A stretch of DNA of 64,000 nt, taken from assembly GCF_009834535.1 (NCBI RefSeq), contig NC_045697.1, forward strand, positions 84,136,001 through 84,200,000, written 5' to 3'. A program made the position numbers and the translations under genes. The DNA is from Camelus ferus. Its lineage: Eukaryota. Of this stretch, positions 1-11,776 are shown one piece after another (positions within the stretch are counted from its first letter, which is position 1; each line of letters opens with the position of its first letter). Under the pieces are notes generated by a model. The model worked only from the letters and a program-made list of their open reading frames with translations. It had not been told where the DNA came from and did not search any database.

Positions 1-1214
1 CATCACCATCAGTAAGCAAACCTGCTCCCTAGCCACTGCACAGAGGCTAACCAATGAGTGCCAGTCAAGAACAGGCTCTTGGATCAGGCCAGAGCCTGCA
101 CCAAAACGATAATCAGCCAATCATGTCTTTTCTTCTTAATGTGTATCTGGGGCTCATTAGTGCCTGCTTTTGGTATGGTTCTAAAAATCTCTGAGGAGCT
201 TGCTGCTAGTTGACAACTTTGCTGATCATAAACAAGAAAGGAATTATCTACAAATTAGCACATTCTTCAAATAACACAATCTAATTTTTTTCTTAAAAAA
301 ATTAACATATAAGAAAATGTGCATTGTAAAAAAATAGATGTGGAGAAAATAAATGGAAATAGTGATTTTACTGATTCATTTCACATTTATTAAATATCTG
401 CTATTCATAAAGAGTAATTTTGCTGGGTGTTAGAGAACAATACGAAATGAATATAATATGACGCCTATTATCAAGCAGTAGAGGCAAATACAAACCACAT
501 ATATTAGATAGAAAATTCCATATCAGAAGTATGAATTAAGTGCTCTGAGAACACAGAGGAGAAAGAGACAATTATACAAAATATAGGAAAATGAAGGATT
601 TTCTTTGGTTTGGGGAGTCAATCTACAGATAGAGGCAAGGAAGGGTGGATTTTCCATTATCCTTGGCTATGCTCCCTCACTTTCTCCAACTGTAACAGCC
701 ACAATTCTTGTACAGGAGATATGGTAAATACCAAAAAATAGCCCATCAGAACAAGAAATTGTAGAAGAGAGCATGCTGAGAAGCATATGTGGAAAAGATA
801 CAAAGTAAAGGAATTTACAGAATGGTTTTATACATGGGAGCCATAGCACCAACTTAAAAAGCCACTGTCACCTCATATTTCTATGTGCTGCAATTGCTCA
901 CCACTTGTCTGTCTACATGAATGAATGTGGCCCCACACTCAGGGCCCAAGGTTTTATTTCCTGTAATACCATCCTGATTCTTAGGAATCAGAAATAACTG
1001 GAGGATTATATAACTATGAATAACTTTCTCATAATTAGAGCAAAAAATAAACAATAGACCAACTTTATATGACTTCATTTACCAGACTTTCCTTCATTTT
1101 CTGCTTCCCTGTAGACAGACTTTAGCTCAAGGATGAAAAGCAGCAAATGTTTCCACAGCATGGCTGCCAGCCAAAAGGTATATTTAACCAATTCTTATAA
1201 AGTAACTAATATAT

Positions 1215-1430
1215 ACTAGAGCACTGGAGTTAAACTCATAAACTTTTGAGTCAAGCTGCCACTTACTAAGGCAAACTACTTAATCTGTTTCTCTCAATTT
1301 CTTAATCTATAAAATGGCATATAATGATAGCACCTACCTCATGGGACTGCTTTGCATATTAAATTCATTAAAATATGCAAAGTACCTAGAATAATTACTG
1401 TCACACAAAAGAGAGTCAAAGGTATTGGTT
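1215..1430 (+). mobile_element. MIR SINE
   Basis: MIR core-like text: ctgccacttactaagggcaa...tttcttaatctataaaatggcatataatgatagcacctacctcat. Confidence 0.65.
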
Positions 1431-2229
1431 AGGTTCTTCTTCTAAGAATAAGAAGAATCTGAAAAGCTATGTGAATCAGCATGAAACTTTACCACTAGAA
1501 GAAGGAAGTATTTACATAATCAGACTATGTGACTCATTTATTGCTTCAGGAAAAAAAAACAAACAAACCTTAGAAATGTACCCACCTGTCTCTCTTAAAA
1601 TCCACTCATCTCTTGCATTTAATAAGAAACCTTGAAAGCCTAACTATTCATTTTTTTGCAGTTGTTCTTAAGAAACAAAAAGATATAACCAGTATGACTC
1701 ATAGCAAATGAGAGGACGTAGCTAAACGTCATGCTGCAGGCTTCCACTTCCTTTGGTGGCTAACTTCTGGGTCTGCACTGTTTTATTATAAAAAACAGGA
1801 AGCAATCGTTACAACACTACATGAGAAACGTGTCTTCAAACTACCTAGCTTGGAGATCCAAAATAATCTACTATTCCCAGAAAACAGCAAGAGAGCCCTC
1901 ATGGTTATGATATGCACAACAGAGCCCTATCGTGAGAAACAATCACAGGTTTGCTCTTTGTCTTACCATCTTATGTTTCTGAACAACTGTGAGCTAAATT
2001 TCAAAAACTTGATTGGGATATCAGCTGTTTTTCCTATTGAAAACTCTAGTTGTCTTGCATCATTTTGCTCCATGGACCAAAACACAGAAAGGTTACCTTC
2101 TCTATGGTAACTAAGTGACAAAGAAGTTTTTTCTTCATGAAAGAGTTTCACACGACTACATTTTTCATCATTGAGACCAAAATTCTTTCATTTTCCACCC
2201 AACAATCCAAATAATAACTAACGCTAATT

Positions 2230-2460
2230 ATGCTCCACATACTACTTCTAGTGCCCTCCATAAATTATCTCATTTAATTCTCACAGCAGCCTTATGGGTC
2301 AAGGCTAATGTTAGTTTTATTTTATGGATGAGGAACCTCAGCCCCATAGAGGTTAAATAATTTGCTCATGAGGATACACTCAGCAAGTGCTAAAGCTAAG
2401 ATTTTAACCAAAGTAGTCTAGAGCATCATGAGAGTTCATGTTGTAATCACTCTGCTATAC
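2230..2460 (-). mobile_element. MIR SINE
   Basis: ctcatttaattctcacagcagccttatg...ttttatggatgaggaacctcag...agaggttaaataatttgc. Confidence 0.7.
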
Positions 2461-2619
2461 AGTTGTTCAGTGATTTATAATGCTCAAGGTCAAACTCAGT
2501 ATTTCACTCCTCTTCAATGTCTTCCTCATTCCTTATCCTATATTTGAATATCTCATAACTATCCCCTCCAACAACATTTAAGCAGTCACCAAAACTGCTT
2601 TTTTTTTAATCTTTATCTT

Positions 2620-3665
2620 TTTCAGGAAGTCTATACTTATATATACATCTGCCTACTAAAATTTTCCACTTGGATGTCCCACATGTACCTTAAACTCACC
2701 ATAACTCACCATTCTCTTAGTCATTTATTTCCTATTATGGTGAATGACACCATTATCCCCTCATTTGAGAAAAAAAGTAATTTGATAGATCAGAAGTTAC
2801 ATAGATAATTTCAATTTCTGCTCCTTTGACCATCTATCCACCAAACACACATATGTTGCCTGCACACGCACATTCAATGCAAGCACACACAGACACCACC
2901 CCACTCAGCTGACCAAATCACTAATGCCTGTTAATTCTCACCTAAATTATCACAAGTGTCTCTTTACTGATTTTCCTGCCTGCCTGTAATTTCACTCCAC
3001 ATCACCTCAATCTGACTTATGTAGTGCTTACAGAATGGTCTTCAAGGTGTGAACATTTGCTGTCTCCTTCCTGAAACAGCATTTTCATAATGAATTCTAA
3101 ACAATTCTGCAAAGAATACAAGACTTCAGAATCTAACACTGGCCTATCTGCTGAGATTAATCTTCCAGTGCTGTTTCCTTTGCCTGGAGTATTTCTCCTC
3201 TGAGACTTCCATTAATCCTACAAACTTCATTTGAAATGTTGCTTCCTTCCTGAAGATTTCTTGCCTCTTGAAGGCATGTTTAGCTGCTACTGCTCACCTT
3301 TTCAGTAATTTTTCAACATATCTTTATTATAATTACCTTACTGCTATATAATTTGTTCACATGTCTATCTTCTCATTTTGGTTCTGGGAGGTAAAACAAT
3401 ATATACACTTTAAAATTAGAGTACTTTAAAATGTGATACACTGATACTGTAGACACTTCAGTAATATCTAGTAAGAGAAAAGTAAAATTGGTTATATTTC
3501 ACAAAAAGGATACCATTATTTTAAATATATCTTTTATTCATACACTTTACATATTTTTTATTTGTTTTAGAACATTCATGGTTTGGTTTGGTTTTTCCCT
3601 AACAGCTAGCACAGGACTCAACACACACAAAATAGTTAATAAACATTTGTTAAGTAAATGAATGA
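2620..3665 (+). mobile_element. L2 LINE fragments
   Basis: L2-like text (ccacttggatgtcccaca...taaactca) ending in the L2 3' tail aataaacatttgttaagtaaatgaatga. Confidence 0.55.
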
Positions 3666-4071
3666 TTCCTAATCTATGCCCTCTTCCTCCATTTCCACAA
3701 CTACCACCTTATAGTCATTCTTCTGAGCTACTGTAATTAAATCTTCAGTTGGTCTCATTGTTTCCAGTTTCTTCTCCCTTGAATTCCTCCTCCACATTGC
3801 TGCCATGGTTATATTATAAAATAAAAATCTTGCCACATTATTGTCATATATACAAGATCTTTAATGACTTTTATTGCCCGTGAAATAAAGTCTAATTCCT
3901 TATCATTCTAGACTTTTCACAATTTAGTCCTAATCTACTCTCTCGATCCTTCTTCTGTTATTTCTACTTCCTGTGTCAGCATTAGTTTAGTCACACTAGA
4001 CCATTTGAAGCTCTCAAAGATATGCCAGAGTCTCACTCTTGTGCCACTCCCATCTAAAATATCCTTCCCTA

Positions 4072-4394
4072 TATAAGTTCATTTGTCTTTTGAGGAATAC
4101 CCATACTGTTTCCCACAACATAGAATACAGACTTGTGGCTGCCAGGGGGGAGGGGGGTAGGAAGGGATAAACTGAGAGTTCAAGATTTGCAGATACTGAC
4201 TGGTATATATAAAATAGATAAACAAGTTTATACTGTATAGCACAGGAAAATATATTCAGTATCTTATAGTAGCCTATGGTGAAAAATAATATGAAAATCA
4301 ATATATGTATATTCATGTATGACTGAAGCATTGTGCTGTACACCAAAAATTGACACAACATTGTAAACTGACTATACCTCAATAAAAAATAAAA
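4072..4394 (+). mobile_element. 5'-truncated L1 with inverted 5' segment, flanked by a 17-bp TSD
   Basis: TSD TAAAATATCCTTCCCTA at 4055-4071 and 4395-4411; L1 3' UTR with A-rich tail about 4119-4394; segment 4072-4118 reads LWETVWVFLKRQMNL on the minus strand (L1 ORF2 C-terminal-like). Confidence 0.88.
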
Positions 4395-4549
4395 TAAAAT
4401 ATCCTTCCCTAGTTTTCCTCATCAGACAAATATTTGATTTATCCATCAAAGACAAATTAAAAAAAGAAAAAAGATAGCTCTTCTGTGACATCTTCTTCAA
4501 CTCTTCCTCCATTTTTCAGCCAAGTGATTTGATCTCTCAGCTGTTTCCA

Positions 4550-4690
4550 GAGAAGTAGTCTCCAGAACCAAAGCTACAGTTTTGTAAAACTGCACTCCCT
4601 GACCTCCACTTGTGGAGGTTCAGATTTGGTAGGTCTGGCATGGAGTCAGGAATCTGTTGTTTTAAAAACACACTGCATCCCAACCTAAAC
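4550..4690. mobile_element. MER5-like hAT-Charlie DNA transposon relic
   Basis: ttcagatttggtaggtctggcatggagtcaggaatctgttgttttaa matches the recalled MER5 core. Confidence 0.55.
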
Positions 4691-7214
4691 AATGTGACTT
4701 CAGGGCCAGAATGGGCTCTGGGTTGCTGAGTGCTAAACATTCTTCTTAAAGCATGACTCAGAATCATGTGAGAGCCTGCCAGAAGTAGAGCGTGTTGGGA
4801 CCCATGCTTTCAGATATTGGCAAAACTTTGTTTTTGATAAGTTTTATGGGTATGCATCCTTGGGAAGTGAAACCAGCCTCTGTTAGCTCAAGCTGTTCAA
4901 AATACCACAGACAGGGGGATTGAAAACAAAGTGAAACTAAGGCATACAACTAATAAATATAAATAAAAAAAGAAAGGAAAGGACATGAGAGCACATAAGC
5001 TGCCTCTATAATATTGCATTCATGGAAAAGTGAGGAGGTGAAGAAGCACAATGAAACCAGTTATTAGAAAATATGATATATGTCCAAGGAGGCATCAAGG
5101 GCCTTGGCTCATTCAAATCCTAGAATGGCATTACTGGCTCTAAACAAGTCACTTAGCATAAAATTCTTGACATTTCCTCATTCACAAATGCAACTCCTTT
5201 TCAAGATTTCAGTTCAAAGCAACTCTATGTAAAATCTACCCCACTTCTCTCTTGGATACAATATGCCCATTCACTAAACAAGTGCCCAGAGAGGAAAAGT
5301 GCATTAATAGTTAATCTTTAGAATCAAGGGTTTTAGAGACAGAAGGATTGTTAGAAGATCTTCCAGACCATGCTAAACCTTTTTCACAACACAGTGCATG
5401 TGGAAAATTATGACTGTCTAGCACACTGGGATAAAAAGATGAGACTGCTAGGAACTAATGGTGATGGGCAAGGGGGTTCATGCGGTCCAGGCAATACTTG
5501 GGGATCACAGAGATCAAGCTCTCCCATAACCTCTGTAACCCACACTGCTTGCGAAGATACACCAGATAAACCAAGGAATCTTAGAGATGAGGAAAATCAA
5601 GCCTCAAAGGGTGGCTGGACACCAGAGAGGTTAACAAAGTCACTTAGTGGAAGAGCAAGAATTGGGTTTTCACAGGTCTCATACGAACAATGATTCTAAT
5701 CTCTACACCATTCAGAATTCATCAGTTTCGACCATTGATGGCACCATTTCAAATGGTCCATCAATTTATTGAGATGCCTAGCATTGGCAATAGACTGAAA
5801 AGATTATGCTCTCTCCCACAAATATCGGTATATTTTCCAACTAGATTTAAACGTTACTCTGAAAAATAAAAGAGAAATTCATTCATAATTGTCTAAATTC
5901 ATTGAAAATTTGCCAGATAAAATGCTAAAAACACTTTTTAAATGAATGGAAGAAGCTGCCAGGAATTAAGCAGGAGTGTGAGTGGAGGGTGTAGGGAAGG
6001 AAGTGAGAACTGAAGCATCTGAGTGCCCTGGGAGAATCTGCATACCCAGGCTGCCTAGAGCTGTGCAACTTCCCAAGCAGAGAGCTCTGGTGGTGACCAT
6101 CCAGTATAAAACGCATGCTCAGGAAAAGCCATTCACACAGGAAAAAAGTTCACTAGAAATAAGTGAATAAATAACCCTTCACAGAGGTAAGCAGGAAAGA
6201 AAACTGCCTAGACAAGGAGAGGGAAAAGCTTTCCTGAGAACATGTAGCCACTGGAAGGTGCAAACATATGGATTGAGGATCAAAATTTTTACTGTTTACA
6301 TGATAAGGAATATCATAAGCAAAAAGTTTTCATTTCTGGACCCATTTAAACTGGACCCAGGTCTGTAATGTTCTTATACACGTGGCAGAAAAAACACAAA
6401 TCCACCCTGGAGGAATGAAATTTAAAAGTTCAAAGGATTGTGTTTCATTTTGAGTAAAAAGTTCACAAGGAAATAAAAATCACAAAACACATGAGAAACT
6501 AAGCCACCATAAGCAAGTGTCACAGAAATTATAAACAGGAACTTGGATACTAGAAATGTACAATTACAAAGAATATATTAGAAAATAAATTAAGTATATT
6601 TATATGTTTAAAGAAGTTTTAAGAGGGAAAGGAGGTAAAAATATGACTAATCAGCAAGAGATTAGGCAGAATTGGGGGAAGAGATCTCCTATAAGTAAAA
6701 AGCATAATAATTAAAAGTAAATATTCAGTATGAGAGTTAAACAGCACATATATACAATGGAGAGAATAAAATGGAAGAGTCTTATGTAAAAGAAGAAATT
6801 ACACAGAATAAAGCAATTGAGATATAGAGATGGAAATTTATTTAAAAAGAATTGAAGACACAGGGAGAACAGAGAAAGTTCAAAGTATATCTAATCAGAA
6901 TTTCAGAACAACCAGGCAAATTTAACTAAAAGAAAGTAACATAGCCATAATTAATATTACACAAAGTATTCATTAAAGGAAAAAAAAATACCACCAAAAA
7001 AGAAGAGAACTTTATAAAAATAACATGATATAATCAAAAGAATATCACATTTGTAAAATTGTATTGTTTAATATCATAGCCTCAAAATAAATAAGATATA
7101 AATTAAAATAACTACAAAGAGAAATTGACAAATCCATCGATAACATTGTGGGAAATTTCTAACACATATCTCTTAGTCATTCATACTTAAAGTAGATAAG
7201 AAAACCAAGAAAGC

Positions 7215-7500
7215 TGCAACCAGTAGATAAATTCTAGAGATTTAATGCACAGTAGAGCGAATATAAACAACAATATTGTATTATAATCATCAAACTTGCT
7301 AAGAGACTAGATCTTAATTATTCCCACCACAAAAAAGAAATGATAATGTGATGTGATAAAGGTGATAATTATTGCTACAATGGTAATCATATTGCAATAC
7401 ATAAACTATCAAATCAACATGTTGTACACCTTCAATCTACACAATGTTACATGTCAAATATATTTCAATAAAAAATAAAACAAAATGGAGGAATTGAAAA
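7215..7500 (+). mobile_element. L1MA-type 3' end nested in the older L1
   Basis: ttgctaagagactagatcttaattattcccaccac...atgttgtacaccttcaatctacacaatgttacatgtcaaat followed by aataaa and an A tail. Confidence 0.75.
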
Positions 7501-7719
7501 AAAAGAAAACTCAATAAGGATGTAAATAATTTGAACAATAAAATGAACAAGTTTGATTTCACTGATGTATATAGAAGCCTGCATTCAGTAATTGCAAAAA
7601 ATGTATTGTTTTCAAGCACATACAGAACATTTACAAAAATTGACTGTGTCTCAAATTTTCTAAAGAATTGGTATCATACAAAACATACTTTCTGACCATA
7701 ATGTAATTACATTAGAAAC

Positions 7720-8078
7720 TGTGGCAGGGATTCTGATTTTCCTATCTGTCTTGGATATAAGAGTTAGACCCCACTTCCAGCCCCTTTTAGGAGGCTCAGT
7801 TCCTAAGGAATGTGAGCAAAAATGTTAATTTGCTATTAGGTCTGAACACAGAATATCCTGTGCAATCTGCCACACTCCTGCTTCCTCTTCTTCAAAAACA
7901 TATGAAGCTACATCTTGAGAATGTTGGCAACCTAAAAGGTAAGAAGCTTGCTTGCTCTCTGTGTCAGATATAGAAACATTCACGTTGGACTTCAAATAAG
8001 CAAGAAATAAACTTGTATTGTGTTAAGCCCTTTGAGATTTGGAATTGTTTATTGCAGCTGATAGCTTATTATGAGAAC
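7720..8078 (+). mobile_element. MaLR (MLT1-type) LTR
   Basis: Starts TGTGGCAG; 3' end gaaataaacttgtattgtgttaagccc...gagatttgg is typical of MLT1. Confidence 0.6.
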
Positions 8079-8795
8079 ATAGAAATTAAAAATAAGAGCT
8101 AAAAATAGTCTTTTCTGTTTGCAAAATTTTAAACACAATTCTGGTAACTCAAAAGTTAAAGAGGAGAATATAATAAAATATTTAAATAGTGGAATTAAAT
8201 AATAAATAAAGCCAAAAAAGAGGAAAATAATATAGAAAATAAGGAAATAGAAATGTTTGTTTTTCAGTTTATGAGTCCCTGCATAAAAGGCTGGAAATTA
8301 GAAAAACAAAAATGCCTAACATTAATACAATTTTATAAATAAAAATGGATTAACATAACATTTCTGCCCCCCCAAAAGGACAACAATAAAAGAAGAAAAA
8401 GGGGGAAGAAAAAGGGGAAAGAAAATATTCTAGAGAGCAAATAATGAAAGTATAAATGCAGTACTTTCTAGATAAAAGGAGTTTTGTGTATAGGTATAAA
8501 TTCATAGATTTCTTTTCTAAAAGTACGAGATGCAACAGGTCCCTTCACAAATACTATCCTCTATGCTCATGGCATAGTTTGATTAAAAAAAAAAACACAA
8601 AAAACCAGTAACAGCCTCTGATCTTTGCTACTTATAGTCAGAATGAACTGATGTATATCAAAAACTGAAATTATCATTTGAAACAAGAAATCCTCTAAGT
8701 CAAAGAGCAAATGTTAGATGAATTTATTCAGCCTCTTAAAGGTATATTTGCAGCTAAGTCATTTGAATGATCCCTAAAAGAAAGAGTGGTCATAA

Positions 8796-9456
8796 TGATA
8801 CAGGAGGGAAGGGAGCAGGGCACAGCCACTCAAGGAGTGACAGCAGTTAACACCAAAATGGTGGAAGATTCAACTCCCAGTTGGCCTTGAGGATTAAGAT
8901 GGCAGGAGGTTTGACTTCTAGTAGAACTTGAGCTTCATTATATGCTCATTGTAACATATTAATGTGATAAATAACATACCTGCAGGTGCCATAACAGTCC
9001 CAAGGCTAACCGCAAAAAGCCAAAGGGTGGGCGGTGGCCCAATTCCTGGGAATCCCAGCCCCTTCCCCAGGGTAGTTGGAATGGTGCCACCTGCAGTCGT
9101 GTGGAGCTACTGAGTCCATAAAAAGTGGCAACACCACACCTGGCCGCCTTTTTTGCTCCCTCCTCTTTGGAGACGATCTGCACTCTGTCTATGGAGTGTG
9201 TACCTACTTTTACTTTAACCTGAGCACCCATCTCCCACACCTCTTTCTTTGCCTTTCTCTTGCCTTTTGAAACAGCCTGCACTCTATGCAGTATGTATCT
9301 CTCTAAATAAATCTACCTTTACTCAACTGTGGCTCGCTCTTGAATACTTTCTCGCGCGAAACAAAGAACCGACACCTGGCAGGGCACATCCCAGGGACTC
9401 ACGGAGATCTGGGACACAGCCTTCCTCAAGCCCCACATCCTTTTTTTCCTGCATCA
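8796..9456 (+). mobile_element. Solo LTR A, ERV1-class, 661 bp
   Basis: TG...CA ends, terminal inverted repeat TGATACAGGA / TCCTGCATCA, 4-bp TSD ATAA (8792-8795, 9457-9460), TATA-like CATAAAAAG near 9117, AATAAA at 9306. Confidence 0.88.
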
Positions 9457-9483
9457 ATAAAACTGGGACATTCTAGAGGAAAG

Positions 9484-10036
9484 TGTTGCCAAATGCAAGT
9501 TTGTATGCTGGATGCACAGTGAGGCCAAACAAACTGAACTGTTTGGAGCAGAGAAAGATTTACTGCAGGGTCAAGTAAGGAGAATGGGTGGCTCCTTCTC
9601 AAAAGCCCTAAACATCCTGATGGATTCAGGGCTTTTATAGGCATTAGGGTGAGAGCTGTAGGGTGTGTGACTTTCTTCTGATTGGTTGGTGCGGAGGTAA
9701 CAGGGTGGTGTTCCAGGAATGTTTAGGTCTTCATCTTGAAGTTACCATCCTCCACCTGGGTGGGGACCTTAGTTCTTGTAGAAGAACTCAAAGATATATT
9801 ATCATGCATGTTCTTGAGGAGGAACCAGGACCTTGCCCCATGCTGCACTATTGTTTCTTGACTGCTCCTCCTTTGTTTCTGCATTCCCTCCCTTCCCTCA
9901 TTTGCAGTTTGAATCTGCCCTTTGGAACTCAGGGAAGGTCTAGGAGGCTGAATGAAGCCTATTTCCCACAAACAAGAAACGGGACATTGAAAGGATTTGT
10001 ACCCAGGAGGGTCCCACAGGGTCCTGCTTGGTTTCA
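9484..10036 (-). mobile_element. Solo LTR B, ERV1-class, 553 bp
   Basis: TG...CA ends, 4-bp TSD AAAG (9480-9483, 10037-10040); on the minus strand CCAAT near 9680, TATAAAAG near 9633, AGTAAA near 9560. Confidence 0.85.
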
Positions 10037-10646
10037 AAAGAAAGGACAGTTCCTTTGCTTCACCCATAAACATCTAAAACTTCTCTTTATCTACTTAGTT
10101 TCCTCTAATTCTTATAAAAACTGTTCCAAAATCCTTTTTGTTCCCCTCTATGTACTCTATTGACAAAAATCTCAATGCGCAATTATTATTTGATCATATT
10201 CCTTCTTTCTACTCAGTTCCTTCCTTTCTAATCTGTCTTTTCTTCTACAGAAGAAAACCATTCTTGAGATACTCCTCCCACTTTTTACTGTAAATCAAGC
10301 AATCCCCCAGCTTCTTTCAAATTTGCAACTCTCTGCTGCCTTAGGCTCAAAAAACTCTTTAGGAATTGGCATCCAAACGGAAAGTTGTAAATACTTATGT
10401 TTAAGTTTGTTCTTTTTATGCAAGTCACATTGTACACAACTTTCTCCTCAATTGGACTATGAATTCCTCAAAAACAGGAACCATACTTTACTTATTTTTA
10501 TAACTGCCTGCCATAGGTACGACCTAAAGAAGCACTCGATATGACTCTCCAGCCCCACAGCATGCTCTCTGTGTCAGATATACTCTATCATCTGTCAGTG
10601 TTTCAGCATTTCATTAGGAGGAGCCTAGAGGGGATTTTGAGGGAAG

Positions 10647-10729
10647 AGTGTCTAGGAGACTAATTTGAAACAATATTCACATAGCAACAGTGTCTAGGAG
10701 ACTAATTTGAAACAACATTCACATAGCAA
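10647..10729. repeat. Tandem duplication, 42-bp period, 2 copies
   Basis: AGTGTCTAGGAGACTAATTTGAAACAA(T/C)ATTCACATAGCAA at 10647 and 10689, one mismatch. Confidence 0.95.
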
Positions 10730-10811
10730 GCATTCACATTGCTTAGATGGTGTGTATATTTCATTTATCCATTCATTCATTTATTAAAGTACATTTATTA
10801 AGTGCTCATGT

Positions 10812-11278
10812 TGTTACGGAAACGACAGGCCAGTCAAGAAACAAGCACCACTCGGAGGGTTGGAGTACTCAGATGTATTACGCCGGCGGGCTCAGAGGGG
10901 CTTCTGCTCCAAAGCTCTGAGCACCTTCAAGATGTGCACATGAGGTTTTATAGGGTAAAGTACAAGCTTGGGGGTATTAGGCCAATAGGCATGGAACAGC
11001 TTTAGCAGCATTATCATCACAAAAGTGGAGGTGGGGAGGCAGCAAACCAACATTCCAAAGCCAGATATGTATCTTTGAAAACCCAGCTGGCTAGCAAAAA
11101 AAACATGAACAGCAAAACAACACTAATTAACCTAGATTTACAAGTTAGTCTAGCAGAACTCAGATCAGTATTCCAGTACTTAGATTTGTGAGTTATCTTG
11201 TTAGCCCAGCCCAGCCTCTCCTTCACATTCCTAGACTTGTGAGTTATCTTGTTAGACCAGCCCGGCTTTTCCTTCACA
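10812..11278 (-). mobile_element. Solo LTR C, young ERV1-class, 467 bp
   Basis: TG...CA ends, 4-bp TSD ATGT (10808-10811, 11279-11282), minus-strand TATAAAA near 10946, retained CpGs, internal tandem repeat. Confidence 0.85.
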
Positions 11279-11279
11279 A

Positions 11280-11776
11280 TGTGAACGAAAAGTACTGCAA
11301 ACCATATCAGTAAACAAAGAAAACTGAAGCCATCAAGTCATCAGCCACTGCCACCAACCCTCAGTGAAGACAAGCCTGCAGCTCAGCCTCTGCAGCCACT
11401 CACAATTGTGCACTCCGAGGGGACTCAGAATAAGAAAGGACAGGATACTGGCCCTAGATAGCTAGGTTTTTGTCAAAGGAATGAATTTGAGAGCCCAAAT
11501 ATTTGCTCTCTCCCATACATAGAAGAGTGCTAAATTCTTTAACTTGAGATATCTGGTTTTCTTCAGTTAACAAGTAAGCTTTTAATGTTCCAACAACCTG
11601 GTCTTTGTTGTAGAACTCCTAAATATCCTAGCTCCTCCCCTACCTCTTCAGAGCAGTCCCTCAGAGCGATTTGAGAGGCTGTCATCCCGGGCTCAAAGGG
11701 GTTCGAGTCCTCAGAAATGTCCAGCAAATAAAACATAACTCTCAACTTTTAGGCTGTGCATTTATTTCAGTCAACA
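11280..11776 (+). mobile_element. Solo LTR D, older ERV1-class (original start at 10809, split by LTR C)
   Basis: TGTGAACGAAAAG...AATAAA (11727)...TTCAGTCAACA; flanks CTCA (10805-10808) and CCCA (11777-11780) form a 3/4-matching TSD. Confidence 0.78.

Larger units (their letters stand above)
6350..8450 (+). mobile_element. Ancient L1 (L1M-type) ORF1/ORF2-endonuclease relic, interrupted by younger inserts
   Basis: Strongly A-rich + strand; degenerate L1 EN text (gagaaattgacaaatcca, ttttcaagcacatacagaacatttacaaaaattgac, ttctgaccataatg). Confidence 0.65.

Noticed and set aside
9663..10163. Longest ORF (166 aa) and its antisense partner 9723..10073
   Set aside because: They lie mostly within solo LTR B and show no gag, pol or env motifs; chance ORFs in GC-richer DNA
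7953..10582. The 20-bp direct repeat as the TSD of a 2.6-kb insertion
   Set aside because: The MLT1 and old L1 continue normally after the first copy, and there is no poly(A) tail before the second copy
10647..10729. CRISPR-like repeat array
   Set aside because: Only two adjacent copies with no spacers, in a mammalian context
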